From: an uncultured Veillonellaceae bacterium
GTDB lineage: Bacteria > Bacillota > Negativicutes > JARBTT01
Length of the DNA stretch: 64,000 nucleotides
Assembly: GCA_963805085.1 (NCBI GenBank)
Contig: CAWDTA010000002.1
Coordinates: forward strand, 1,632,001-1,696,000
Direction of reading: 5' to 3'
Part shown: piece by piece, positions 49,410 to 60,700 of the stretch
How positions within the stretch are numbered: position 1 is the stretch's first letter
How the letters are laid out: each line of letters starts with the position of its first letter
Position numbers and translations under genes: made by a program
The notes under the pieces: model-generated
The model's database searches: none
Told to the model about the DNA's origin: nothing
What the model saw: the letters and a program-made list of their open reading frames with translations, nothing else

Positions 49410-50681
49410 ATGAAACTTACTTTACGAATGAAACTTTTAACCGGATTTTTTTCACTACTCGTGCTTACACTAGCTGGGCAAATGTACATGTTAGCCAACG
49501 CTAGACAAGGTTCGCAGACTGCGCTAAGTCAAATGATCGGTGAAAATATCATTTTACTTATCATTGAAATAGCAGTAGCTATCTTTATTGTTTTTCTTCT
49601 AGAACGTTCCATTCTCAAGTCGATTAATATATTGCGTCAAACAATGAAGATGGCTGGAGAAGGTGATCTCACCGTGCACAGCCAGATGCAGACGCATGAC
49701 GAATTCGGTGCGCTGGCAGATTCCTTTAATAGTATGATTGATAGTCAAGATCACATTGTTCGCCAAGTATCCGATGCCAGTGACCAACTATCTGCTGCCT
49801 CAGAGGAAATGTCAGCCTCGTCCCAAGAAGTAACGGCTTCTTTTGAAGAAATAGCTGCTAGTATGCAATCATTGACTGGTGAAACAGAAAAAGGCAATCA
49901 GGCAGTTCTAGAAGCATCGCAAGCTTTGGTGCAATTGTCGTCGCTTATTCAAATGGCGAAGCTTAAAGCTACTACGACATCGAAAGATTCAGTAGCTACC
50001 AAAGGTGCTGCAGAGCAAGGCCTTAGCAATGTCCAGGAAACCATCCAAACCATGACGAAGATTAAAAGTCAAACCCAAGTGACTTCAGATATGATTGCTG
50101 ATTTAAACAATTACTCACAGCAAATCAGTCAGATTATTGATACCATTACCTCTATTTCAAAGCAAACAAACTTGCTTGCCTTAAATGCGGCTATCGAAGC
50201 CGCCCGCGCCGGAGAACATGGCAAAGGTTTTTCCGTAGTAGCCGAAGAGGTGCGGAAGCTAGCCGAACAATCCAATCAAGGAACCCAAGAAATCACACAC
50301 TTAATTGAAAATGTATCGCAAAAAACAGCAGAGGTAGTTACTGCTATGGCTGAAAATAGCACGCAGGTAGAAGAGGGCGTAAACGCAGTAACGAAAACTG
50401 GTAGTGCGTTAGATGTCATTTTGCAGGCGGTGAAACATACCGCGAATGAAATTAATGAAATCACCAATATTGCTGCCGAAGAAGTAGCCAATTCTGATCA
50501 GATTGTGAAACTCATTGATAAACTCGCCAGCATCATCGAAGCTGTAGAACATCATACAGAACAAATTTCGGCTGCTACTCAGCAACAAGCAGCAGCTATG
50601 CAAAACGTTTCAAGCTGCGCTGAAGAAACAGCAGCCATGTCTAGTACGTTAAAAAATAGTGTCAGCCATTTCAAATTATAA
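49410..50681 (+). CDS. Methyl-accepting chemotaxis protein with minimal sensory loop
   Basis: Two closely spaced TMs, HAMP ([15 protein letters not shown]), [38 protein letters not shown]. Confidence 0.92.
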   Translation: MKLTLRMKLLTGFFSLLVLTLAGQMYMLANARQGSQTALSQMIGENIILLIIEIAVAIFIVFLLERSILKSINILRQTMKMAGEGDLTVHSQMQTHDEFGALADSFNSMIDSQDHIVRQVSDASDQLSAASEEMSASSQEVTASFEEIAASMQSLTGETEKGNQAVLEASQALVQLSSLIQMAKLKATTTSKDSVATKGAAEQGLSNVQETIQTMTKIKSQTQVTSDMIADLNNYSQQISQIIDTITSISKQTNLLALNAAIEAARAGEHGKGFSVVAEEVRKLAEQSNQGTQEITHLIENVSQKTAEVVTAMAENSTQVEEGVNAVTKTGSALDVILQAVKHTANEINEITNIAAEEVANSDQIVKLIDKLASIIEAVEHHTEQISAATQQQAAAMQNVSSCAEETAAMSSTLKNSVSHFKL

Positions 50682-50899
50682 TTTAAGTAAGTTAAGACAA
50701 AACGGGGGATACAAACTTTATCTCTTATCCCTACAAATAATTTTTAGAATTAAATAAAACGACTAGTATTAGAGCCACTAAGATTGTGTGTACTGTATTC
50801 TTGCTGACAGTAGACGCAATCTTTGTGGCTCTATTATTGAATGTGTGTAACTTAGATAATTGACATGTTCTGATAATAAATATCAAGTAATATTGTGAG

Positions 50900-50928
50900 T
50901 TGACAATTGCTTACAGTAAATGTACTAT
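50900..50928 (+). promoter_or_regulatory. Probable sigma-A promoter
   Basis: TTGACA-17 nt-TACTAT. Confidence 0.55.
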
Positions 50929-51016
50929 TTAGCTATATTCAGTTATTTTATACTATAAATTAAGAAGAAAGTACCGGTAGCCTTGAAAAACAAAATTTAT
51001 TGTGAAATAACGAGGA

Positions 51017-53827
51017 GTGATAAAAGTGCGTGATATGAAGGATAAGCATGAGAAAGTAATGGAGAATTTAGTTCCCGTTGTATTTAGATATATAGCAGAG
51101 CAAGTGATTGAGGCTATTCTCGTATTTGATGTTCGCGGTAAAGTGATGTATGCGAATCATGCGGCTTCTAATGTTTATGGTCATTCCGCAGATGAATTTC
51201 AAAGCTTCAGTATTCACGATTTATATTCTCCTAAAGACAGGCATCGTATTGATGAACACATGAAAGCAGCGGAGCAAAAGATTGCTCTACATAAAGTTAC
51301 TCACGTAGGGCGAGATGGAAAGAGCTTTCCGGTGGAAATAAGTTTTTGTAGTGCTAGTTTTGGGAAAGATGAAGTGCTGATCAGCATTATCCAAGCGCTT
51401 CATGGGGAAAAGAAAGAGACGCTAATAACAGGGTATGAAAATCAAAACCAGTTACTACATGAAGAACTTTTGGCCGCCTATGAGGAACTTACCGCCTCGG
51501 AAGAAGAACTAAGGCAGCAATTTGACGAATTATTGGTGAAAGAAGAAAAAATTTATCGTCAAAATACGTTGCTAAATCTGCTACATGATACAGCTAAAGG
51601 TCTCATGGCTGACCTTGATCATGAAGATGTATTTAAAAAAATTATTTATGGAATTAGAGAGCTTTTCGATACGCCTAATAGTTTCGTATATTATGTAAAT
51701 GAAGAGACAAGGATATATACGTTAAAAATAGGAACGGGTGTTTTTAGTAAACTTCCGAGAGAGGGAGAAATTACCAAAGGAATTATTGGACAGGCGTATA
51801 GAACAGGGAAGGCGGCTGTTGTTGATAACTATAGTAGCTGGTCACGTCGCTTAACCAATCCGATATTTGACGAATTACATTATTTTGTCCTAGTTCCGTT
51901 AAAAAACAGAGATAAAATGATTGGTGCAATCGGACTTGCCTTTTCCGAGTCGGATAGGATTCTTGATGTAGAAGAATTTTTTTTGTTAGAACGATTCGTT
52001 GATCTTGCAGCGCTTGCTTTGAGTAATGCTTTATTGGTAGCTTCTTTACATAACGAAATTAAAGAACATAAACAGGCCGAGCAGGTGCGACAACAACAGG
52101 AAGAAGTATTAATAGCCAGCAGAAATAAGCTATCTTTGGCGGCAGGGCTAGCTAACCTAGGACCGTGGGAGTATAACCCTGAGACGGAACTTTATGAATT
52201 CGGCGATGAGTTTTACGCTGTCTATGGTACGGACGTAGCGAGGGAAGGGTGTTTTATGTCTTTGGACACCTATGTCAGAGAGTTCGTACATCCGGAAGAT
52301 GCTTGGATGTTTAAAAAAGAAAAAAATTTTCTTTTGGCTGAGGAAGGATTCAGTGCTAGTGATATGGGACATCGGATCATTCGGCGGGACAGTGAGGTAC
52401 GCACCGTTATTGTACGCCGAAGTGCTGTTAGAAATGCCAAGGGAAAGATTATAAAGACATTTGGAACAAACCAGGATGTTACTGAGCGGGTGCAGGTAGA
52501 GGAAGAGCGGCGGAAACAGGCTGAAACCATCAAGCATATGGCTTACTTTGATTCATTGACGGGTCTTGCAAATCGACATCATTTAAATGAATGGTTAAAT
52601 AACGAAATGGAACGGGCGCGTGCTGGAAAAGCGTCGGGCGTTATTCTATTTATTGATTTAGATGATCTAAATATGGTTAACGATACGTATGGTCACTCTT
52701 ATGGTGATAAGATTATTAGTGCGGCCGGAGCCAGAGTCGTCGATGGTGCAGGTGAAAAAGCCTTTGTGGCGCGAATTGACGGGGATGAGTTTGTCGTAAT
52801 CTTATCCGGACAGTATGACCGGGGGCAAATCGAAAAAATTGCCAATAGAATAAGTAAAGAACTAGGGAAAAAGCAGGAAATCCTCGGAAGACGCTTCCAT
52901 ATGACAGCAAGTATCGGTATTGCTTCTTATCCTACCGATGGCGATACAACGGAAGAAATAATTAAAAATGCCGATAATGCAATGTATGCAGCCAAAAGAG
53001 ACAACAAGAATTGCTGGCGCTTCTATACCGAGGCAATGCAGACAGAGGCATATAAAAAAATACAGCTGACTGGTAGCTTACGATATGCGCTGGAGCGGGG
53101 TGAGCTTTCAATTGTATATCAGCCGCAGATACATACCAACGAAAAAACTGTGATTGGATTTGAGGCGCTTTTGCGTTGGAACAGCGTTGAATATGGGGCT
53201 GTGTCACCCATGCATTTTATTCCACTCGCTGAGCAATACGGTCTTATTCACAGCATTGGGCAATGGGTTCTACGTGAGGCTTGCCAATTTGCCCGGCGTT
53301 TGGCCGACAAAGGCTGGAGCGGAGTGCATATCGCGGTGAATATATCGTCGAAACAAATAGCCTCGGATGATTTTATCGCCGTTGTCCGCAGTGCTGTTGA
53401 TGAGGCTGGCATCCAGCCAGAGCAGCTTGAACTTGAAATTACCGAGAGTTCATTGATGACGTCAATTGAGGATGCTACGAGTAAGCTTGTCCAACTGAAA
53501 GAGTTTGGGGTACATCTATCATTAGACGATTTTGGTACAGGTTTTTCGTCCTTGACCTATTTGCGCAGATTGCCGGTTGAGTCGCTTAAAATTGACAAAT
53601 CTTTTATCGATATGATAACAACTGATGCCCAAGGAGCGAAAATTATCGGCTCCATTATAAATATGGCGCACACGATTCATATGAACGTTGTCGCTGAAGG
53701 GGTGGAAAATGAGTTGCAATTGAAATACTTGGCTGATAATGGCTGTGATCTTATCCAAGGCTATCTATACAGTCGCCCAGTACCGGAAGCTGAGGCGATG
53801 AAGTTCCTATCTGGTAAGGCTTGCTGA
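51017..53827 (+). CDS. PAS-GAF-PAS-GGDEF(degenerate)-EAL c-di-GMP phosphodiesterase
   Basis: RIDGDEF in place of GGDEF; intact EALLRW, AVNIS, ELEITES, LDDFGTGFSS, KIDKSF and VAEGVE motifs. Confidence 0.88.
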   Translation: MIKVRDMKDKHEKVMENLVPVVFRYIAEQVIEAILVFDVRGKVMYANHAASNVYGHSADEFQSFSIHDLYSPKDRHRIDEHMKAAEQKIALHKVTHVGRDGKSFPVEISFCSASFGKDEVLISIIQALHGEKKETLITGYENQNQLLHEELLAAYEELTASEEELRQQFDELLVKEEKIYRQNTLLNLLHDTAKGLMADLDHEDVFKKIIYGIRELFDTPNSFVYYVNEETRIYTLKIGTGVFSKLPREGEITKGIIGQAYRTGKAAVVDNYSSWSRRLTNPIFDELHYFVLVPLKNRDKMIGAIGLAFSESDRILDVEEFFLLERFVDLAALALSNALLVASLHNEIKEHKQAEQVRQQQEEVLIASRNKLSLAAGLANLGPWEYNPETELYEFGDEFYAVYGTDVAREGCFMSLDTYVREFVHPEDAWMFKKEKNFLLAEEGFSASDMGHRIIRRDSEVRTVIVRRSAVRNAKGKIIKTFGTNQDVTERVQVEEERRKQAETIKHMAYFDSLTGLANRHHLNEWLNNEMERARAGKASGVILFIDLDDLNMVNDTYGHSYGDKIISAAGARVVDGAGEKAFVARIDGDEFVVILSGQYDRGQIEKIANRISKELGKKQEILGRRFHMTASIGIASYPTDGDTTEEIIKNADNAMYAAKRDNKNCWRFYTEAMQTEAYKKIQLTGSLRYALERGELSIVYQPQIHTNEKTVIGFEALLRWNSVEYGAVSPMHFIPLAEQYGLIHSIGQWVLREACQFARRLADKGWSGVHIAVNISSKQIASDDFIAVVRSAVDEAGIQPEQLELEITESSLMTSIEDATSKLVQLKEFGVHLSLDDFGTGFSSLTYLRRLPVESLKIDKSFIDMITTDAQGAKIIGSIINMAHTIHMNVVAEGVENELQLKYLADNGCDLIQGYLYSRPVPEAEAMKFLSGKAC

Positions 53828-53959
53828 GTGATTAAAATATAAACCGCTTTGGGTAGTAGAAACTTACCTTGAGCGGTTTTTTATTTATAATGAGTAGGGA
53901 TCTTTACAAGTAGAACGTTTTTGCTGAAAATCAAGATCAAAAGACTTTTCGATGCATTG

Positions 53960-53998
53960 TTAAGAAAATGTTAACATTTTCTTAACGTACTCTTTACT
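53960..53998 (+). promoter_or_regulatory. PhoP-type Pho box (four hexamers at 11-bp spacing)
   Basis: TTAAGA 53960, TTAACA 53971, TTAACG 53982 and TTTACT 53993; matches the TTHACA repeat architecture and precedes a phosphatase. Confidence 0.7.
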
Positions 53999-54067
53999 TA
54001 ATGGAGCTAAAATTAGAATAGATAGGTTAAGTCAATTTGGCTAAACACTAAGTAGGGGGAAATACTG

Positions 54068-55786
54068 ATGAAAAATAAAGGTTTGCTTGATTTGTTTGCT
54101 GAAAAGGATAAGGACGTTAGCCGTAGGCTTTTTCTTAAAAGTTGTGGAGCTTCTATCGTACTCGCAGGAATGCCGTTTAATTTAACTGAAATTTTTGCTG
54201 CTAGTAGTATAGCGGCAAGCCATGTTACATTGACTTGGGGGCTTGATCCTAAAACTACCCAAACAATTGCATGGTCTACAGATACCAGTATAACCAAAGG
54301 TACCATTCAAGCTGTAAAAACAAAAAAATTCCGCAAGAGTGGTTGGGAGCACGCACAGGCTTTAGATACAGAATTAGAACTATTTAATACCAATAAAGGC
54401 GATTTTAATATTCATTTTGCAACCCTCGAAGGTTTAACATCAGGGACGCAGTATACATATCGGGTAGGTAGCGAAAATAGCTGGAGCGATCCTGAGACTT
54501 TTACAACAGAGCATGATGGCGATAAGGCCTTTAAGTTCTTAGTGTTTGGTGATTCACAAAGTGGTTTGCCGAAAAATCCAGAATATGGTCCATGGCGCAC
54601 GACCATTCATAACGCATATGCTGCCAATCAGGATGCCGCTTTCTTTATGAATGTTGGTGACTTAGTTGAAATTGGACAAGATCAGGCACATTGGAAAAAC
54701 TGGTACGAAGCAGCACAAGATGTAATAGAAAAAATCCCCAATATGGCTGTGCCAGGAAATCATGAAACCTATGATGTACCTGAAGAAAATCATTCGGTGC
54801 TACCGATTAACTTTAAAAAACAGTTACGCTTACCGAAAAACGGTCCAGAGGCCTTAAAGGGGCAAGCGTATTCCTTTGATTATGGAAATACGCATTTTGC
54901 AATACTTGACAGCCAGGAACAAGAAGAAGGTCAGTACGTTCCTAATATGCTAGCACTTGAGGCAGAATGGCTTGACAAAGATTTGTCAGCAACAAATAAA
55001 AAATGGAAGATTGTCCTATTCCATAAAACTCCATACTATAATAAAGCCTTTCGTTCCAATGAAAAATTAAAAGCCGTACTAACCCAAATTATGGATAAGC
55101 ATCATGTTGATTTAGTTATCAATGGTCATGATCATGGCTATTCAAGAACATATCCTATTTATCAAGATTCATTTGTTAGCACGCCAGACCAAGGAACCAT
55201 CTACCTTGTTGCGGGTAGAAGTGGAAATAAATTTTATACTGACTTATCAGCCAAAGTTTGGGATGCCTTTTTCCACGACCCTCAGGCCGAACCTAATTAT
55301 ATCGCAATTGAGGTCGCGGGAGATGTATTGACGATTCGAGCTTATATGCAAGGCGGAAGTTTAATTGATACCTATAGTATTGATAAATTAAATAAAACTG
55401 ACGTGCCTCGTACGATTCTACCAGAAAAGTCTAATGATACGCGTCTGGTTATCTGGGGCAATATGTTGCAAAATCCTCTTGTCAATTTGCCACCACAAGA
55501 AATATCCGGGGTTTGGCATTTGCCACTACGCAGTTTTGTAGAATTTATTGGCGGTGAAGTTACCGCCGATCGTAACGGAAATGTCATTACAAAATATAAA
55601 TCGACTGAAATCAGCTTTACCTTAGGTGAAAAACAGGCAGTGAATAATAATGCTCCTATTACATTAGCATATCCGCTACTCCTCACCAAAGGTACTGCTA
55701 TGATTTCCACTGATGATGTGAAGACTTTGTGGGATTTCCATTCTCGCTTCGATCAAAATACCAATATGTTGATGCTAGCAAAATAG
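54068..55786 (+). CDS. Tat-exported purple-acid-phosphatase-like metallophosphoesterase with FN3-like and C-terminal CAO-N-like domains
   Basis: SRRLFLK twin-arginine motif; FGDSQ, VGDLV, PGNHE, LFHK and GHDH metal ligands. Confidence 0.85.
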   Translation: MKNKGLLDLFAEKDKDVSRRLFLKSCGASIVLAGMPFNLTEIFAASSIAASHVTLTWGLDPKTTQTIAWSTDTSITKGTIQAVKTKKFRKSGWEHAQALDTELELFNTNKGDFNIHFATLEGLTSGTQYTYRVGSENSWSDPETFTTEHDGDKAFKFLVFGDSQSGLPKNPEYGPWRTTIHNAYAANQDAAFFMNVGDLVEIGQDQAHWKNWYEAAQDVIEKIPNMAVPGNHETYDVPEENHSVLPINFKKQLRLPKNGPEALKGQAYSFDYGNTHFAILDSQEQEEGQYVPNMLALEAEWLDKDLSATNKKWKIVLFHKTPYYNKAFRSNEKLKAVLTQIMDKHHVDLVINGHDHGYSRTYPIYQDSFVSTPDQGTIYLVAGRSGNKFYTDLSAKVWDAFFHDPQAEPNYIAIEVAGDVLTIRAYMQGGSLIDTYSIDKLNKTDVPRTILPEKSNDTRLVIWGNMLQNPLVNLPPQEISGVWHLPLRSFVEFIGGEVTADRNGNVITKYKSTEISFTLGEKQAVNNNAPITLAYPLLLTKGTAMISTDDVKTLWDFHSRFDQNTNMLMLAK

Positions 55787-55867
55787 AATTACATGCATTG
55801 CTCGTTTGAGTGATACAAAATGCCTCAATCCTTATCAAATAGGGATTGAGGCATTTTAAAATTCTTA

Positions 55868-55921
55868 TTGACAGTCATTCGATATTTTGTGATAATAGGT
55901 ACATACCGACTGGTAGGTATG
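55868..55921 (+). promoter_or_regulatory. Sigma-A promoter plus TetR operator 1
   Basis: TTGACA-17 nt-GATAAT; palindrome ACATACCGACTGGTAGGTATG at 55901-55921. Confidence 0.8.
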
Positions 55922-55933
55922 GTTTCGAGGGGG

Positions 55934-56542
55934 ATGAATTTTGATATGACTATAGATAATATAAGGATCGCTGCTTTGAGGTTATTCTTATTACGTGGAT
56001 ACAGGAACGTATCTCTCGTTGATGTGGGAAAAGAAATAGGCATTACTAAGGGCGGAATATATCACTACTTTTCAAGTAAGGAGGAGTTATTTCATTCCGT
56101 TATTTGCTATTTATTTGATTATTTTGGAGCGAAATACGCCAAAGTATTTGATCAGGAGAAAAGTTTTCGACGTGTTTTAGAGGTTATGATAGGCGGCGAA
56201 CAAGATGGTTATATTGAACGTTTACTTAATATGAGACAGGGGGATTATCAAGCCAATAATGCAGGCTTAGCGTTAGAGATCATGCATAATTTTCCAGAGA
56301 TCCAAGAGCGGATTGATCGCAGTCAATTAGAACTACGAAATATAGTGGAGAAAAAGATACAGATCGCCCAAGAAACAGGGGAAATTAGGCGAGATTTAGA
56401 GGCTCAGATTCTGGCTACTATTGTACTTTCTATTTCAAGTGGACTGAAGGTTTTAGGGCACAATCTGAATACCAAAGCGATGCAGCAGCAGGTAATAAAC
56501 AGTCTCTGGCAACTTATTGGGGGCAATACCCCAAAGGAATAA
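55934..56542 (+). CDS. TetR/AcrR-family regulator
   Basis: GYRNVSLVDVGKEIGITKGGIYHYFSSKEEL HTH; GAGGGGG RBS before ATG 55934 (ORF-track TTG 55868 is the -35 box). Confidence 0.9.
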   Translation: MNFDMTIDNIRIAALRLFLLRGYRNVSLVDVGKEIGITKGGIYHYFSSKEELFHSVICYLFDYFGAKYAKVFDQEKSFRRVLEVMIGGEQDGYIERLLNMRQGDYQANNAGLALEIMHNFPEIQERIDRSQLELRNIVEKKIQIAQETGEIRRDLEAQILATIVLSISSGLKVLGHNLNTKAMQQQVINSLWQLIGGNTPKE

Positions 56543-56561
56543 CTCTATTCCTTTGAGAATC

Positions 56562-56582
56562 ACATACCGACTGGTAGGTATG
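56562..56582. promoter_or_regulatory. TetR operator 2
   Basis: Exact 21-bp copy of 55901-55921, upstream of the efflux genes. Confidence 0.85.
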
Positions 56583-56625
56583 TAAAAATATAAGATAGTA
56601 TAAATTTGTTGAGGAGGTTTTTGCA

Positions 56626-57723
56626 ATGAAAGGTTTTAAAGTGAAATATTGGGCCATCCCAGTTGTAGTATTTATTGGATTATTTTTAGTATTTCGCAGC
56701 GGTGCACTTTCCAGTGGAAAAAACCAGTTGCAAACCACTAATTCTCAAATAAACGTAAAAGTAGCAGAAGCACAGCTTTTAAATACGGTACCGAATTTAA
56801 TGTTGAATGGCTCGATTGAAGGGAAAACATCGGCGATTATTAGTGCAAAGCTGGCGGGGCGTATTGAACAAGTCCTAGTGCAAGAAGGACAGCACGTCAA
56901 TACCGGTGATTCTTTAGCTAAATTAGAAAGCGCAGAGCTTGTAAATTCTGTGCGTACTGCGCGAGATGCCGTGACTAAAGCACAGGTCAATTATGATTTA
57001 GCATTGAGTGACTATCAGCGTTATCAGACACTATATAACCAAGGAGCTACATCTCGGCAAACCTTAGATACTGCTGAAGCAAAAAAAAGAACTGCCCAAG
57101 CAGAATTGTCAAGTGCAGTTACGAGTCAAAGTAACGCGGAGCAACAGTATGGTTATGGCGTCCTTGTAGCACCAGTGGACGGTGTGGTTGCTAACGTAAC
57201 AGCAACTGTTGGCCAAGTTGTTTCTCCTGGTGCGGCCCTCATGGCTGTTCAGGACATTAGCCAAGTATATGTAGTTGTTAATATTGAACAAAAGGATTTG
57301 TCTCTAGTCAAAATTGGTCAGAAAGCGGAAGTGACAGTTGATACCTATGCCAACAAAGTATTTGCTGGGATTGTTGAGCTGATTAATCCGGAAGCGGGTA
57401 CAGCTAACCGGATGTTCCGTACTAAGGTAAAAATCGATAATACAGATGGTGCTTTAAAAGCAGGTATGTTTAGTAAAGTACAGTTAGCTACAGGTGATGC
57501 TGTACAGCGTTTGAAAATTCCTCAAGAGGCAGTTATTCAGAAACAAGGTATTTACTATGTCTTTACTGTTGAAGATGATAAAGCGGTGCGTCATCAGGTC
57601 GAGATTGGTACTGCTACAGGTGAGGTCATTGAGATTAAATCGGGGTTGCAACCAGGTGAAAAGGTAGTTGTCAGCAATGTCAGCCAACTTAAAGATGGTG
57701 ATTCATTGAAAGTAGTGGAATAG
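56626..57723 (+). CDS. RND efflux periplasmic adaptor (MFP)
   Basis: N-terminal anchor; GRIEQVLVQEGQHV lipoyl half; APVDGVV; LKAGMF. Confidence 0.9.
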   Translation: MKGFKVKYWAIPVVVFIGLFLVFRSGALSSGKNQLQTTNSQINVKVAEAQLLNTVPNLMLNGSIEGKTSAIISAKLAGRIEQVLVQEGQHVNTGDSLAKLESAELVNSVRTARDAVTKAQVNYDLALSDYQRYQTLYNQGATSRQTLDTAEAKKRTAQAELSSAVTSQSNAEQQYGYGVLVAPVDGVVANVTATVGQVVSPGAALMAVQDISQVYVVVNIEQKDLSLVKIGQKAEVTVDTYANKVFAGIVELINPEAGTANRMFRTKVKIDNTDGALKAGMFSKVQLATGDAVQRLKIPQEAVIQKQGIYYVFTVEDDKAVRHQVEIGTATGEVIEIKSGLQPGEKVVVSNVSQLKDGDSLKVVE

Positions 57724-57734
57724 GGGAGATAACC

Positions 57735-60700
57735 ATGATATTGACAGAGATTAGTTTAAAGCGTCCAGTATTTGCCACAGTGACAATTCTGGCCTTGGTC
57801 GTTTTAGGATTATTTAGTTATGTGTCTCTAAACGTAGATGAATATCCGAATGTTGAAATCCCAGTTGTGTCCGTTACCGTTAAGTATCCTGGCGCATCGC
57901 CAGAGCAGGTTGAATCGAAAATCACCCAGAAAGTTGAAGAAACAATCAGTGTTGTTCCAGGAATTGATCATGTAACGTCCACTGTAAAAGAAGGGGTATC
58001 CACGACGGTTATTCAGTTTACCATAGAAACGTCAGCGGCAACTGCTGCACAAGATGTTCGCGACAAAGTTGGTAGAATGCAAGGCATATTACCTGATGAT
58101 GCAGAGCTTCCTATTGTTACTCGATTTGATCCCTCTGATACAGCCGTGGCTTCTATTGCATTGATTGGTAATAGAAGCCCACGAGAGCTAACGATTATTG
58201 CCGATGATACTGTTGTGAAAAGGCTCGAAGCAATCAATGGAGTAGCGGCGGTCAATGTCCAAGGTGGGGTAGATCGTGAAATCAAAATCAATATGGATAG
58301 TGATAAAATAGCTGCTTATGATCTGACAGTTACTGAAGTGCTAAACAGTATACGAAATGAAAATATGGACACTCCAGGTGGCAAGGTGACTGACGGAAAA
58401 CGTGAAACTAGTTTACGATCAATTGGCAATGTTTCCTCGCCGAATCAGTTCCTTAATCTTCCCATTGCCCAGCGAAATGGAGCTCAGCTGTATGTAAAAA
58501 ATATTGCTGAAGTAGAGGACACAACCAAAGATCCAACTACTGTAACAAAACTGAATGATAAAACGGCTATTGGTCTAGACATTATGAAACAGTCGGGTAG
58601 CAATACAGTACAGGTTGTTGAAAATGCAAAAAAGGAACTAGAAAATATCAAAAAAGAGTTACCTCCTGGTGTGGAGCTCATCATGGTGCGGGACAATTCA
58701 AAAAGTATTAATGATTCAATTCACGACGTATTATTTAATTTGGTTCTAGGTGGTTTCTTGGCAGTTGCCATCGTGTTATTATTTTTGGGTAATTGGCGTA
58801 GTACAATGATTGCCGCCATTGCCATCCCAACTTCGATTATTACTTCATTTCTAGCGATGAAAATTTTAAATTATACGTTAAATACCATGTCATTACTAGC
58901 TTTATCCTTGGCAGTAGGGCTTTTGATTGATGATGCGATTGTTGTCATCGAGAATATAGTGCGCCACCTTGAGATGGGTAAAGATAAAGATAAGGCTGCT
59001 TCTGAAGGGACAGAGGAGATTGGCTTAGCTGTTACCGCAACAACCCTCACGTTGGTGGCTGTATTTTTGCCAGTGGGAATGATGACAGGGATTGTAGGAC
59101 AATTTTTCAAACAATTCGGTGTTACGGTGGCAGTCAGTGTTTTAGTATCCTTATTTGTTGCCTTTACATTGACGCCTATGCTATCGGCAAAGTATTTAAC
59201 TGGCAGCCATACGCAATCAGGCACTAAGTTAGCAAAAATATGGGGAAGATGGAACGAAAAATTTGAATATTGGACAGGCCGTTATGGAGGGTTCCTTAGA
59301 TACGCCTTAGAACATCGGAAGAAAGTAATGGCCATGTCGGTTGGATTATTTGTAGGCAGTTTACTACTTCTCCCTTTCCTCGGCTCGACTTTTGTCCCGG
59401 ATTCTGATGCTGGGGAAATTACAGTATCGGCCATCGTTGATGCCGGTAAAAGTCCACAAGCGGTTGGTGAAATCGCGGATAATATGTCCCAGATTATCCG
59501 CACGATCCCAGAAGTTACGTTGACCTATAGTTCTGCGGATATAAACAATATTACGATCTTGACCAAATTAACGCCAAAGAGCGAACGTAAGATTAGTGAT
59601 AATCAAATTATTACAAACCTTCGCGAAAAATTAGGTGGAATTGCTGGAACACAAGTTAGTGTTTCGAAAAAATCAGGCATGTCAGGTGGCAAGCCAATAT
59701 CTCTTGTGATTCAGGGAACGTCTTTGGACACATTGGCTGAAATTGCTGAGCAGGTAGAGCAACTGATGAAGAGCACACCTGGTGCAATTGATGTTTCTTC
59801 TAGTTATGAAGCTGGCAAGCCTGATGGTCAAATCGTGGTTAACCGAGATAAGGCTTCGGATCTTGGCGTATCGACTTCCAATATTGCCAGTACTTTGCAA
59901 ACTATGTTTAACGGAACAATTGTAACACAGTATCGCGATGAAGATGACTCCTATGATGTGCGCCTTATTTTAGCACCTGGCGACCGCACGAGCTTAGCAG
60001 ATGTAAATAATATATATGTAGCAAGTTCTAATCGTGATAAAAATGGGCAAGCGGCCATGGTGCCTCTGTCACAGGTAACTCAAATGGTCTATGCCACAAG
60101 CCCAACGCAAATTATGCGTTATGATCGTCAGGAGCAAGTCACTATTTCGGCAAATCTAAGTGGGGTATCTCTTGGCGATTTCAATACAGTATTCAACAAA
60201 AAATTAGCAGAAGTGAAACTGCCTGAGGGATATAAATTTGTCTCTACAGGTCAAACGCAGCAAATGGCTGATGCTTTTACAGGTATCTTAATGGCGCTGG
60301 CGTTGGCAGTGATGTTTATTTTCTTTGTACTTGCCGCCCAATTTGAAAGCTATATTGACCCATTTGCCATTATGTTGGCGTTACCTTTGGCGATTATTGG
60401 CGCAATACTTGGACTGCTCTTTGCCCATAGCATGCTCAGTATGATGTCTTTAATTGGGATTATTATGCTCATGGGCCTTGTAACGAAAAATGCTATTTTA
60501 CTGATTGACTTTGCTAAGCAACGTATTGAGCAAGGCACAGAGCGCAATCAAGCATTGATTGAAGCCGCTGTTGTCAGGATGCGTCCGATTATCATGACAA
60601 CAACAGCTATGATCTTTGGGATGCTTCCGTTAGCATTAGGAATTGGACCTGGAGCGGAAGCACGGGCTCCTATGGCTCATGCGATTATTGGCGGATTGAT

